DNA of 64,000 nucleotides from a virus (Duplodnaviria; Heunggongvirae; Uroviricota; Caudoviricetes): IMG/VR virus record IMGVR_UViG_3300037067_007156, positions 525,519 to 589,518 of that record; one strand, 5' to 3'. Shown piece by piece: positions 46,853 to 57,683 of this stretch (position 1 is its first letter; each line of letters starts with the position of its first letter). The notes under the pieces were generated by a model. It saw only the letters and a program-made list of their open reading frames with translations, ran no database searches and was not told where the DNA came from. The position numbers and the translations under genes were made by a program.

Positions 46853-47770
46853 TCACATGATAGGTATTATATAACTCTTTATAATCTCACAAATATCTTC
46901 GATTGATATTTTATTTTTTAAAAAATCATTTTGATTTATTCTAATAAATTTACATTTAAAATGTTCTTCTATATACGTTTGCCTAACAATATCTTTTTCT
47001 TTATATTTTTTACTCTGGTGTTTTCTTTCATCCCACTCTAAAACAATATTATAACTTGATATAAAACCATCTACAAAGTATTTATAAAATTGTTTTTCGC
47101 CACCATTCAAAGCATGTTGTATATGTAAATTTGTTTTTTCTGAAATTATATCGAATGTTTGTATGGAAAATGTATTATATTTTGGTATTAATTTGAAAAA
47201 AACATCACCATATTTTTCTTTTAAATAATTGATAGATTTAATTTTAATGTCTTCATTTTGTGCTGGGTATTTTGTGCCATATCTTTTAATGTTTGTAATA
47301 TAAGATTTTTCTCTAATACTTTCATTTTGTATTGGATATTCAAAACCATATCGTTGTAATGAAGTTTTTAATATTTTATTTCTAACTTCTGGGTTTTTGA
47401 TTGGATTATCAACACCATATTTTTTCAAATTTGTTTCTTCAATTTTTTTCCTAATATATTTATTAGAAATTGGATTTTTTACACCATATTTTTCAATATT
47501 CGTGTTTTCCCGTTTTAATTTACAACATTCCAGAGAACAAGCATAATAATTATATTTTTTAAAACTTTTATTGTAATTTTGATATGGTATTCTGTGTATT
47601 TTATTACATATATCACAACGAACATAAACTTTGATGTTAGAATTGCTTTGTAAGTCATCAATATTCACTTTAAAAATATCATACATTTTTGTAAATAAAT
47701 ATCCTCGCTCTATATAATATTGTTTGTTTCTTGAAAACCATTTCACAAATACATGTTTACATAATAACAT
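46853..47770 (-). CDS. putative homing endonuclease (KKYG repeats plus Vsr/PD-(D/E)XK-like domain)
   Basis: CDIC; repeated TNxxKYGVxNP; YFVDG...VLEWDE...H. Confidence 0.75.
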   Translation of the reverse strand: MLLCKHVFVKWFSRNKQYYIERGYLFTKMYDIFKVNIDDLQSNSNIKVYVRCDICNKIHRIPYQNYNKSFKKYNYYACSLECCKLKRENTNIEKYGVKNPISNKYIRKKIEETNLKKYGVDNPIKNPEVRNKILKTSLQRYGFEYPIQNESIREKSYITNIKRYGTKYPAQNEDIKIKSINYLKEKYGDVFFKLIPKYNTFSIQTFDIISEKTNLHIQHALNGGEKQFYKYFVDGFISSYNIVLEWDERKHQSKKYKEKDIVRQTYIEEHFKCKFIRINQNDFLKNKISIEDICEIIKSYIIPIM

Positions 47771-47813
47771 AAAATAATTTGTTTTTTAATAAAAAACCGC
47801 CCAAAGGCGGTTT

Positions 47814-48056
47814 TTAAAACTTAGGATAATTGAAGTTTGGCATTTTTGGCATTGAGAAATTACCAATATTACTTTGTTGCTTCATCCTATCAGACTCTTC
47901 ATTTTGTTTCTTATATTCTTCTTCTTCCTTTTTGTTCTTTTCATTTAATAATTTGACGTATTCTTCATATTCCCAATAAGACCAACTATCTATTACAGTC
48001 GTTGGTTGGTGAGTTTGAACCATAAACTCAAATTTATTTCGCAATAAAGTTGTCAA
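47814..48056 (-). CDS. small baseplate assembly protein (T4 gp51-like)
   Basis: IDSWSYWEYEEYVKLL directly after the hub gene. Confidence 0.5.
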   Translation of the reverse strand: MTTLLRNKFEFMVQTHQPTTVIDSWSYWEYEEYVKLLNEKNKKEEEEYKKQNEESDRMKQQSNIGNFSMPKMPNFNYPKF

Positions 48057-48987
48057 AGTAATCTGGAATAACGAAAAGACTCGCAGCTCCGTATTTTTGA
48101 AAGTTCATCGTAGAGTAGACCTCCGTGCTACAATTTGGACATACCGTTTTTAATTTTTCAATACCGAATTTCATTCTATCAACAAATTGGTTTATAATCT
48201 GGAATGTATCCATATCCATAGATTTGAACTCTTTTTCTTTAGCTTCAATACCTTCATCTGTGATTTTATCCCTATCATATAACATATAAGGTAAAATTTT
48301 CAATAAAGAAATATTAGGATTTTTTTGTTCATTAACTTTTGTTTTAATGTTGTTGTAAAACACTTCCTGAATTCCTATTGTTGGTGGTGAAATTTTCCAT
48401 TGACTGTTGTTAATATTTAAAACATAACATTTTTCATTAGGGTCATAATATTTCTCTAATTCAGCTGGCCTTTCAAAATTAACAAAGGTTCTTGGCATAG
48501 TGTCACTTGGTGTGGCACGAAATGAAATTTTAAATTCGTGTTTACAATGTTCACATACGTGGTCTTTAGCTAATGTATTACCTCTCTGAAATGTTAATTC
48601 TTTAATCATAAAAATTAAAAAAATTCTATCAGCATCTTTTATATTTTTATAAGACCCTATAGCACCGTTCGAATGAATATATCTAACACAAGCTGATAAC
48701 ATTTCATTCATTTTTTCTGTTATATCAATGTAATTTTTTTCATCTACTACACTGTATGCTTGAACTTCAGAAACATTCGCTGAACGTATTTTTATTTGAG
48801 TTCCCTTTTTATAAAACGAACCTGCTGGTAATATATCAATAGGTACGTTAATAAAATTTAACGTTGAATTAGAAATTGGTTGCTGTTTAATAGTATCCTT
48901 AATTTCTCTCACATCATTAGCTGTATCTTGTAAAAAATTATCAAGATATTCCATTTGTTCTTCTTCTTTCTTTGGCATTATAAACAA
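48034..48987 (-). CDS. baseplate hub subunit (T4 gp26-like)
   Basis: LPAGSFY, DADRIFL, CEHC and CPNC; follows the tail tube gene. Confidence 0.65.
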   Translation of the reverse strand: MFIMPKKEEEQMEYLDNFLQDTANDVREIKDTIKQQPISNSTLNFINVPIDILPAGSFYKKGTQIKIRSANVSEVQAYSVVDEKNYIDITEKMNEMLSACVRYIHSNGAIGSYKNIKDADRIFLIFMIKELTFQRGNTLAKDHVCEHCKHEFKISFRATPSDTMPRTFVNFERPAELEKYYDPNEKCYVLNINNSQWKISPPTIGIQEVFYNNIKTKVNEQKNPNISLLKILPYMLYDRDKITDEGIEAKEKEFKSMDMDTFQIINQFVDRMKFGIEKLKTVCPNCSTEVYSTMNFQKYGAASLFVIPDYFDNFIAK

Positions 48988-49113
48988 ATTATTTTTTATT
49001 ACTATTATATATTATATAAATATGGGTCTAATGAAAATTATTTCATTAAACCAATTAGAATATAAAACATTTTTCAAAAAATATAAATTTTATTAGAAAT
49101 ATGTGTTTATATA

Positions 49114-49779
49114 TTAAAATATTTTATTGAATTTTTCTCTATTTTCATCTTTCCACAATGGTTGTAAATTTGAGAGCGCATTTACAATATTTAACGGTGT
49201 GTCTTCGGAGAATGATGAAACAGGTATAACGTGGTCTATTTCCCAATCACCATGATTATTCCATGACATACCAACTTCAAATAAAGATTCTATGTGTATT
49301 TTTAAATCATTAGCTGAATAACCTAAAATAACTATTGTGTGTTGTTCTTTTATAGTATTAAACTGTTTTATAACACGATATAGAATACTTCTCCATGCTA
49401 TTACATGTGGATTATTTTTTCTATATTTATCTTGTAGCTCGTTTAAATGTTTTCTATTATTTAATCTATATTCTTTTTGATTTGATTTTGTTTCTGGTTT
49501 ATTTCGGTATTCTTTCTTTTTAATTAATATATTTTCTTTATTTTCTTTATGATATAATTTTTTGTTATTTAATATATGTTCTTTATTTTTAGTATAATAT
49601 TCCTTATCATACTCAATTCTATCTTGAATATTTTTTTCTCTATACGATGGCATTTCTTTATTAACACAATCTTTACATTTTGATTGATATCGTTGTTCAC
49701 CTGTTGATGTTTTATATTTTTTAGAGAATTCGTTTATCGGTTTTTCTTTATGACACTGTGAACATATTTTAGTTTCCAT
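49114..49779 (-). CDS. HNH homing endonuclease
   Basis: CSQC...CKDC; GMSWNNHGDWEIDHVIP...NLQPLWKDENREK. Confidence 0.88.
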   Translation of the reverse strand: METKICSQCHKEKPINEFSKKYKTSTGEQRYQSKCKDCVNKEMPSYREKNIQDRIEYDKEYYTKNKEHILNNKKLYHKENKENILIKKKEYRNKPETKSNQKEYRLNNRKHLNELQDKYRKNNPHVIAWRSILYRVIKQFNTIKEQHTIVILGYSANDLKIHIESLFEVGMSWNNHGDWEIDHVIPVSSFSEDTPLNIVNALSNLQPLWKDENREKFNKIF

Positions 49780-49882
49780 TTATAAAACATTTTTTATTAT
49801 ATATAAAATCAAATAGGTTTCAAATGAAAAACCCACCAATTTAAAAATCAGTGGGTTATAAGGTAATATTTGTTATAAAATT

Positions 49883-50446
49883 CTAATAGTAGAAATCTTC
49901 CCAATAATCAACATAAAAATGTGCGGTTAATTCCATAATAGCTGTTACTTCAGACCATGCCACATCTTCCATACCTGAAAACTCATTTAACATAGCGTTA
50001 TGACAGGTCACCCTTCTTATAACTTCACCTTCTTTATCGTGAAGGTAAATTATGACATCGCCAATCATATTTTTCTTGTAAGAAACAGAACCATCTTCAT
50101 TGTTCCAAGCAAGGTCGTACCAGTCTTTCATCATTCTGAAATTGAATATTTGTTTCTGGTCATTTTGATTAAGATTGAATTTAATAGCCAAATCATCAAT
50201 AGATGTAGAATCGGGTAACATAGTGAACAATCTTGTTGAATATTTAAATCTTTGTTCTGCTTTACCTAATTTTGGATATTTAGGGAAATTAATTCCAGTA
50301 GTATTTTCTAATAGTAAACTGGTTGCATTTGGATGTAAATCAGAAATAGGAGCTGGTAAAATTATATCAACTTCATATAACGATTTGTGTATTGGTTCAA
50401 AAGTAGCTACGTGACTTTGAACGTTAGTAAAATGTGGTAGAGACAT
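49883..50446 (-). CDS. tail tube protein (T4 gp19-like)
   Basis: Downstream of sheath; WYDLAWN...YKK...DYWED pattern. Confidence 0.75.
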   Translation of the reverse strand: MSLPHFTNVQSHVATFEPIHKSLYEVDIILPAPISDLHPNATSLLLENTTGINFPKYPKLGKAEQRFKYSTRLFTMLPDSTSIDDLAIKFNLNQNDQKQIFNFRMMKDWYDLAWNNEDGSVSYKKNMIGDVIIYLHDKEGEVIRRVTCHNAMLNEFSGMEDVAWSEVTAIMELTAHFYVDYWEDFYY

Positions 50447-50656
50447 TGTATATTCATTATTTTTTATTTAATAGTATATATTAATATTAAAAATCAATTT
50501 TTAGAATCTGTTAGTAACATTATATATTTTTTATTTTTTATCGTTTTTTGATGTTTTTTATAAATAATACATTAATATTTTTTATGAAGTTATTTTTGTT
50601 TTTATAAAACAAAACAATTATTTATTTATAATTATAAAAAATGAATTGTTAATTAA

Positions 50657-51793
50657 ATGATTATTTGTGATTTTGTAAAAATTGTAACTTGTAGTACATT
50701 TTGTATTTCTTATTATAAGAATTTAGGATATGCTATAAAAAAAGGTGAATATATAGATATTAAAATTGAAGATTTACCTGTAAATTCTTCTATAAAAATT
50801 GAAGCAAAATGTGATTATTGTGGTAAAATTAAAAATATAAGTTATCTTAATTATAATAGAAATTTTGCTCGTCAAAATAAATTTTCTTGTTCTAAAAAAT
50901 GTTCACAGCATAAAACTAAAGATACTAATATTAAAAAATATGGTGTTGACAATCCATCTAAAAATGAAACCATAAAGGAAAATAAGAAAAAAACTAATAT
51001 TAAAAAATATGGATTTGAAAGTGCTAGTCAAAATGAAGAAGTGAAAAATAAAATAAAAAATACTAATCTCATGAAATATGGTGTTGAATGTAATTTAACA
51101 TTAGACACAGTAAAAGAACAAATTAAAAGAACTAATTTGAAAAAATATGGTGTTGATAATCCAGCAAAAAACGAAAATATTAAGAATAAAATAAAAGAGA
51201 CTAATATTAAAAAATATGGTTGTCATTATACACTGGGTAATTCAATAATTAAAGAAAAAGCATTAAAAACATTATATGATAATTATGGTGTAACAGTTCC
51301 TCTTAAAAATGAAAATATAAAAGAAAAATTAAAACAAACTTGTTTAAAAAAATATGGTGTTAATAACCCCCTTAAAGATGAAAATATCATTTGTAAAATG
51401 ATTAAAACGAATATTGATAGATATGGGGAATTTATATTTAAATATGTTCCAAAATATAATCCGTTATCTATATGTGTATTTGATGAAATAGCTGAACAAT
51501 TGAATATTAATATACAACACGCATTAAACGGCGGTGAGAAACAATTTTATAAATATTTTGTAGATGGTTTTATTCAAGGATATAATATTGTTTTAGAATG
51601 GGATGAACCAAAACATTTTTACAAAAAACAAAAAGAAATTGATATTAAAAGACAAACATACATTGAAAATAATTTTGAGTGTAAATTCATTAGAATAAAT
51701 CAAAAAGAATATTTCAGTGATGAAATTATTCAATTCAATTTATTAGTAGATAATATTAATAATATAATAAAAACAAAAAAGGTTCATTTCTGA
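50657..51793 (+). CDS. putative homing endonuclease, paralog of 46853..47770
   Basis: About eight TNxKKYG repeats; IQHALNGGEKQFYKYFVDGFI identical to the paralog. Confidence 0.78.
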   Translation: MIICDFVKIVTCSTFCISYYKNLGYAIKKGEYIDIKIEDLPVNSSIKIEAKCDYCGKIKNISYLNYNRNFARQNKFSCSKKCSQHKTKDTNIKKYGVDNPSKNETIKENKKKTNIKKYGFESASQNEEVKNKIKNTNLMKYGVECNLTLDTVKEQIKRTNLKKYGVDNPAKNENIKNKIKETNIKKYGCHYTLGNSIIKEKALKTLYDNYGVTVPLKNENIKEKLKQTCLKKYGVNNPLKDENIICKMIKTNIDRYGEFIFKYVPKYNPLSICVFDEIAEQLNINIQHALNGGEKQFYKYFVDGFIQGYNIVLEWDEPKHFYKKQKEIDIKRQTYIENNFECKFIRINQKEYFSDEIIQFNLLVDNINNIIKTKKVHF

Positions 51794-51825
51794 ACCTTTT
51801 CCGTTTATTATTTGAGTATTAAGCA

Positions 51826-54800
51826 TTAAGCAGCATTAAATCCACCAGAAGAAATTTGTCCTGTGCTAAGTATTGTTATATTATTAACGATAATACCAAG
51901 ACCTTTAACAATCTCAACAAAAGTATCTAATATGCCCATTTGATTGTCAATTACGTCTTTCGTGTTATTGCTGTCGTCGATTACGTTTCTAAAATCATAT
52001 AAGGCATTAGCATCGAGGAATTCTTTACAAATTTTATCTGCACGGTATTTAATTTCGGCACGTACAGTAGGAGTATTGAATTTCCAATGATAACGAAGCA
52101 ACATATTATACAAAGAATTTTCAAGTTCAATCAACACTTCTCTTGAATGTATATAACTTAAAGAAGTTATAGGGTTCATTTGTGCCGTACTTTCCGAATT
52201 AATATAGAAACCATTGTTTATATCACGAATGATTGGGTTAGCCCCCATTTCATACATGTCTTCAAGGTCTTCGTTTGTGAAGTCCATTTCAGTTCCACCG
52301 ACAGACACTTTACCATTACTCAAACCAGCGCAAATTGTCCATGCTTGAATACCAGCTGTCGAGGTTATATGTTTTTGCATATATGTAGAAGCCACGAACA
52401 TTGCCGGAGGACACGACTTCTCAACACCGGATGTAGTGTCGTTTCCATAAGGAAAGAAGTATCCAACACACGATTCACCTACACCTTGACCAAATGAGTA
52501 TAAGAATGATGGGTTTTTATCCAAATCACCACCTTGTTTTACAAAGGTTAAGCTCAATGAACCATCATCATTAACAAAACTTGGGTTAGTAGATTTTCTA
52601 AACATACGTGCAGAAGGCATGTTAAGGAAACCAAAACAGTTTAATTTTTTACCACAAAGTGACATTAATTCTTGTTTTGAACCGTCAACTAAACCAAGCC
52701 CGAATGAATCTACTAAATATCTCCAAGCAATTTTATTTTTATTAATCAAACCTTTAGATAAAGAGGTGTCGGCATTTTTACCGATGACAGAAAGAATTTC
52801 TTCCTGACGAGTTTCAGTACCATTAGGTATAGAATCCTGACTAATTTTAAATGGTGGTATCGCAACACCTTTATATTCAGTTACATAAGTATCAATTGAA
52901 GGATATGCAGTAGTCATATAATCAGTTGTACCTGATAAGTCATTATCAACCACTTTAATTGGTGCGTCTGCATAAAGAATTTTAAGACTTGCGTCAACTG
53001 AATCAATAGCAGTTTTAATAATTCTTACCATTTTACGTGGCATTTCAGAACCAGCAGCTATTTCAATATCTGTTGTATCATAATATCCTTCTAAATATGT
53101 TCCAATAGTTATTTCAGAATAACGGTTTTTATCAACTTTTATTTCGGTTATCTTAGAGAAATCGGTAGCTGTAAAGCTTTCAATTTCGATTGTTTGTTGA
53201 TAATTTCCCCTATTTGACCATATAATTAATTCTGAACCATAACCAGATGGCATAGCAGTTGACCAGTTTGCTGTTGTAATTAAACCAGAATCTGGTTCTT
53301 TTGAACCTGCGAACTGTACCGTTAATATATTATTTCTTAAATATGGTCTGATATAAACTTTAGTCACACCGAACATGGTTGGGTCTACATTGTTTACAAC
53401 AAAATAGTCAAGAGCGTTGATAATACCATCAACATAATTTTGATAGAATGTTGAATATTTAGCTACAATACCAGTAGTATCAGAACCATTAAACATTTCA
53501 TATCTTGTTATTGCCTGATTAGTATTATTACCTAATATAAATTCATCATCAACATAATATAATAATAAACTACCAGTTGTTACATAATTTGCAACTGTAT
53601 CAACATAAATTTTAATTTTTGCATTTTCGGTTGTTGACCAGTCAGTGATAAGATAATTAGCCCCAATTGTGTATTTAAACCTATTAACAGCAGTTGATAT
53701 AATAACAGCTTTACCACTTTGAATATTTTCAGCAACATCATCATATATTTTATATATTCTTAAATCAGCATAATTTGTCAGACTCTTAACTCCTAATGTT
53801 CCTGTGAATTCAATAGTAATTGATGTATCACCAGTATTTAATGGGTCAGTTGTATCTGATATATAGATACCAGCTGTGCCACTACCAACAGCGGTTATTG
53901 TTATTGGAACGTAACCAGATGAATCCACTGTTACAGGATGATAAGTTAATGTTGTTACACCACTTGAATTTAATACTTCAACATAACCAAGATGAATTGT
54001 GTCTTCGTTGTTTACATTATAATATGGTAATGTAGTAGTATCACCTGAAAGAATTTCAGAACCTTTTATTATATTAACCAAAGTATTATCAGATGTTAAA
54101 TAAAGGTGGTCATAACGTTTAACTTCACTATTTACAAGTGGGTCAAGTAATGTATCATAAAAATTATCACCGACACCTGTAAAAGTTATTTTCGAACCAG
54201 TTATTACATAATAAGCATCAGCAGTTACAACGTTAAATTTAATTGTATGATTAGTTGTACCGGAAGTTGCTGATAAATAATTAAAATTATAAGTAGTCCA
54301 TTTATTAAAACTGTCTGTTCTATTTGATGGAGTTGAACTTACAATACTACCCATACCAAAAACATTTCCTGATGAATCAAGATATTTTTGTGGATAAGTA
54401 ACATCTTCGTTTAATGTTTCTTTATAAGAAAGAAAATCGATTTCAGTCTGGTCAGTATCAACTAATGTGTTACCAATAATATCTATTTTTCCTTCTGGAT
54501 AATCTGCACCTAATAATAAGTCTTCATTGTACGCACAGAATAAACCTGTTTTATCAGTATCATTATTTATTACATTTTTAATATACATATCACGACCAGA
54601 CTTATCTTTAAAGTTTGGAATTAAACATACATCATAATTTGCTAAAATAGACACATTTCTATTGTTCACGAAATCCTGAACTTTATCTTTCATCAAACCA
54701 GTTGATGAAAAATATTTACTATAAGTTGTATCAACACTTAAAGTATTATAATCAGTCCAATCACCGCCTATTACAAGAACTGTTATCAAATAATCTGATA

Positions 54801-55404
54801 TAAGGTCTTTAGAATTGATAAATTCTGGTACATTTAATAAACCACCGTACCAGTTTTCAGCTGTTACATCAAATCCACTTGTTGAAGATTTGAACATAAA
54901 TGTGGTAAAAGTCTTATCACCCATGTTGGTGATATGTAACAACCTTTCTGTATCATCACTTGTGTCATTTACAACATCAAGAAATGATTCATCATCTCTT
55001 TTCCAAAAATCTTGACGATTAAAAAATCTTTCATAAGCAGATTGATTTAATGAACCATTAAAATATTGTGAAGATACAGAAACAGATTTCCATTGCAACT
55101 TATCACGAGTGGCATCAGTTTTTAATAAATTTAAAGCCCAAATAGGGCCAGTTTCTAACATTTTTAAAGCTGTTCTATGGAAAAATGAACCTTTATTTTC
55201 TAACTGTTTATCGAGTGTTCCAAATATCTTTTCAAAATCGTTTGAATTATCGACATAGACTGGGTTATTTATTGTTCCTTTTCGAGAAAAACCGGGTACA
55301 AGATTTATTAAAACGTCTTGCACTGGAAGCTCAACTAATGAGTTATCAAATTCTTCGATGAATATACCGGGGCGTTTGTACTTACCTAAGTCTCTTATTG
55401 GCAT
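51826..55404 (-). CDS. tail sheath protein (T4 gp18-like, large insertion)
   Basis: RPGIFIEEFD N-terminus; LYEMGANPI-like segment, IHSREVLIEL, KFNTPTVR, DFRNVIDDSNNTKDVIDN. Confidence 0.92.
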   Translation of the reverse strand: MPIRDLGKYKRPGIFIEEFDNSLVELPVQDVLINLVPGFSRKGTINNPVYVDNSNDFEKIFGTLDKQLENKGSFFHRTALKMLETGPIWALNLLKTDATRDKLQWKSVSVSSQYFNGSLNQSAYERFFNRQDFWKRDDESFLDVVNDTSDDTERLLHITNMGDKTFTTFMFKSSTSGFDVTAENWYGGLLNVPEFINSKDLISDYLITVLVIGGDWTDYNTLSVDTTYSKYFSSTGLMKDKVQDFVNNRNVSILANYDVCLIPNFKDKSGRDMYIKNVINNDTDKTGLFCAYNEDLLLGADYPEGKIDIIGNTLVDTDQTEIDFLSYKETLNEDVTYPQKYLDSSGNVFGMGSIVSSTPSNRTDSFNKWTTYNFNYLSATSGTTNHTIKFNVVTADAYYVITGSKITFTGVGDNFYDTLLDPLVNSEVKRYDHLYLTSDNTLVNIIKGSEILSGDTTTLPYYNVNNEDTIHLGYVEVLNSSGVTTLTYHPVTVDSSGYVPITITAVGSGTAGIYISDTTDPLNTGDTSITIEFTGTLGVKSLTNYADLRIYKIYDDVAENIQSGKAVIISTAVNRFKYTIGANYLITDWSTTENAKIKIYVDTVANYVTTGSLLLYYVDDEFILGNNTNQAITRYEMFNGSDTTGIVAKYSTFYQNYVDGIINALDYFVVNNVDPTMFGVTKVYIRPYLRNNILTVQFAGSKEPDSGLITTANWSTAMPSGYGSELIIWSNRGNYQQTIEIESFTATDFSKITEIKVDKNRYSEITIGTYLEGYYDTTDIEIAAGSEMPRKMVRIIKTAIDSVDASLKILYADAPIKVVDNDLSGTTDYMTTAYPSIDTYVTEYKGVAIPPFKISQDSIPNGTETRQEEILSVIGKNADTSLSKGLINKNKIAWRYLVDSFGLGLVDGSKQELMSLCGKKLNCFGFLNMPSARMFRKSTNPSFVNDDGSLSLTFVKQGGDLDKNPSFLYSFGQGVGESCVGYFFPYGNDTTSGVEKSCPPAMFVASTYMQKHITSTAGIQAWTICAGLSNGKVSVGGTEMDFTNEDLEDMYEMGANPIIRDINNGFYINSESTAQMNPITSLSYIHSREVLIELENSLYNMLLRYHWKFNTPTVRAEIKYRADKICKEFLDANALYDFRNVIDDSNNTKDVIDNQMGILDTFVEIVKGLGIIVNNITILSTGQISSGGFNAA

Positions 55405-55527
55405 AGTATTTTAATTATTTTTTATTTCTTTCACTTATATATTAATTTAAAATTCAGTAATTTTTTCTTTTTTATATATTTAATTTTTTATATAAAAATA
55501 TTCTATATAATTTTGCTATAAATAATT

Positions 55528-56247
55528 TTGTATATGTATTATGATACTATCATATTGAGATTTTTTGATGATGAATCCGTGAAGAAGGAAAATAATTATT
55601 ATTTTAAAGAAGAAACTTCTTATAGAGAACAATATAAAAAATATATAGATTTCTATTGGAGAATCCGTCTTTCTACTAAAAAATCTCATGAAACAAGAAA
55701 TACTTTCATAACTATTCTCGAATTGAAACAATATTTCAATAAAATATTTCCATTAGTAACATCATATATTAAATTTGATAATCCAAATATTAATGATAAC
55801 ACTATTGTTTACGTGAAAATTAGTGGTAGGGGAAAAAATTTAAATTACAATTTAACTGAACTTGGGCGTTTTATAAACTCAAAAAAATGTACAGCATTTG
55901 ATGTTAAATATGGTATTTTTTTAAATGAATTAGAATCTTTTAAAAGAAAAATACACAAAATTTCAAGAAAAATTGATATAGCATGTCATAATGAAACTGG
56001 ATATGCCATATATTGTTATATAAAAAATGATAATTGGGGATGTTATAAAAAAGCTACATCAGTTTTAATATTAAAAGATATTATTCTAAAAAATAGTAAA
56101 AATTCATATGAGAATATATTCATAAAAGAAATAGTGACAGCTTTTTATTTTGAATATATCAATAATTCTTTAACAGAAGAATATATAGAACCAGAATACT
56201 TACCTTTACTGAGAAAATTTAAATTAACTCAGATACTTACTGATTAA
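55528..56247 (+). CDS. hypothetical protein
   Basis: C-terminal LRKFKLTQIL. Confidence 0.65.
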   Translation: MYMYYDTIILRFFDDESVKKENNYYFKEETSYREQYKKYIDFYWRIRLSTKKSHETRNTFITILELKQYFNKIFPLVTSYIKFDNPNINDNTIVYVKISGRGKNLNYNLTELGRFINSKKCTAFDVKYGIFLNELESFKRKIHKISRKIDIACHNETGYAIYCYIKNDNWGCYKKATSVLILKDIILKNSKNSYENIFIKEIVTAFYFEYINNSLTEEYIEPEYLPLLRKFKLTQILTD

Positions 56248-57430
56248 GAAGATGATTTCTATGTTTATAAAAAATTTCTTCAACTTGTTCTTTATATTTG
56301 GATGGATATGATATTGAATCGTGTACTGTAAATAAATGTATTTCAGGGTGTCTAAATAGTATTTCATTAACTACTTTATTAAAAATAAATTCACTTTCTT
56401 TTTTCTGTAAATAATGAGAAAGACTTTTATAAGAACCCGTTTCACTTTTATATTTTTTAATGAAATCAAATACTTCTGGATATATTGACTTAAATATTTT
56501 ATTTTCCTTATAATACTCTTTATTTTTACCAAATAAAACTTTAAACATAAATATTTTGGCTTCATCTCTTGATATAATTTTACCATTACATTTCGCTAAT
56601 AAATCTTCATATAATAAACCATTCTCAACTAAATTTATATATTCTTTGAGTTTTTCAGGAGGATTATAATTATATTTTTCATTAATAAGTACACCTAAAA
56701 ATAATGGTTGTGAATTTTTAATATCAATCTCAGATATATTTTCACCGTCAATTGTAATAAATTGATGTCTGATGTCTTTTTTTAAGATTGTGAAATTGGA
56801 ATGAAATCTACCAAACCCGTCAAACTTGTAAAATAAATCATTTTCAAATAACTGCATGATTGATATATGATTTTTTAAAAACGAATTATCATTTATTATA
56901 TTTTTATTTTTCAATTCAATAAGATAATCTAATGCATTTTTAGAATCAATTTCAACATGATTTAAGTCAGAAACTAATTTAATTCTAACGGATTCGAAAA
57001 TAGTTGATTGATTTAAATCTGTAAAATTATAATGGGCGTTTTTATCGTCAAGTTTTCTTCTTAGGAACATATCATAAAATGGATATCTTTTAATTTTAGA
57101 ATTTGCAAGGAAATCCAAGTTCATCATATATCTTTTTGAAATGTTACCCATTTTATGTTTTTCAAATTCATGCATAAATCCGGTATTAACTAAGTAATTA
57201 ATATAATTTTTATAAAATTTGCCGTATAAACCTTGCATTATTTTTGACCAAATTGGAAATATATAATCACCATTGAACGTGTATTTAGTTATCATTTCAT
57301 TGATAATGTGGGCTAAATATGAAGTTTTTAAATCTTGACCATTAAAATTTATGGTGTTTGTTTCGGTTAAATATTTTAAAGTGTCTGGTAAAAAACATAA
57401 TATTCGGAATTCTCTCAGTTGTTTTCTCAT
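56237..57430 (-). CDS. minimal family-A polymerase-like protein
   Basis: GRFHS, EIDIKNSQP (motif A), RDEAK (motif B), LQKKES, TVHDSI (motif C). Confidence 0.7.
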   Translation of the reverse strand: MRKQLREFRILCFLPDTLKYLTETNTINFNGQDLKTSYLAHIINEMITKYTFNGDYIFPIWSKIMQGLYGKFYKNYINYLVNTGFMHEFEKHKMGNISKRYMMNLDFLANSKIKRYPFYDMFLRRKLDDKNAHYNFTDLNQSTIFESVRIKLVSDLNHVEIDSKNALDYLIELKNKNIINDNSFLKNHISIMQLFENDLFYKFDGFGRFHSNFTILKKDIRHQFITIDGENISEIDIKNSQPLFLGVLINEKYNYNPPEKLKEYINLVENGLLYEDLLAKCNGKIISRDEAKIFMFKVLFGKNKEYYKENKIFKSIYPEVFDFIKKYKSETGSYKSLSHYLQKKESEFIFNKVVNEILFRHPEIHLFTVHDSISYPSKYKEQVEEIFYKHRNHLLNQ

Positions 57431-57683
57431 CGGTTATTACAATTCTTTTTACAGTTATATTCTAAATTATATTCAAAGTTTGCTAAAAAGTACAACTTAA
57501 CGAATGCTAATTTTATGATGATATAAATCATCAGTTCATCAGATTTTAATCATTCATATATGAAAATATACACTTTCATAAAAGCATAATGACTTTTTTA
57601 TAAAGGTTTCGTAGAAAAACTAAAAGAAACTAAAACAATATTTATATATATTGGATATAAATAAAAAATGAATATTTTAAATA

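Noticed and set aside
50900-51430. Periodic repeats as a possible CRISPR array
   Set aside because: Protein-level TNxKKYG repeats with synonymous variation
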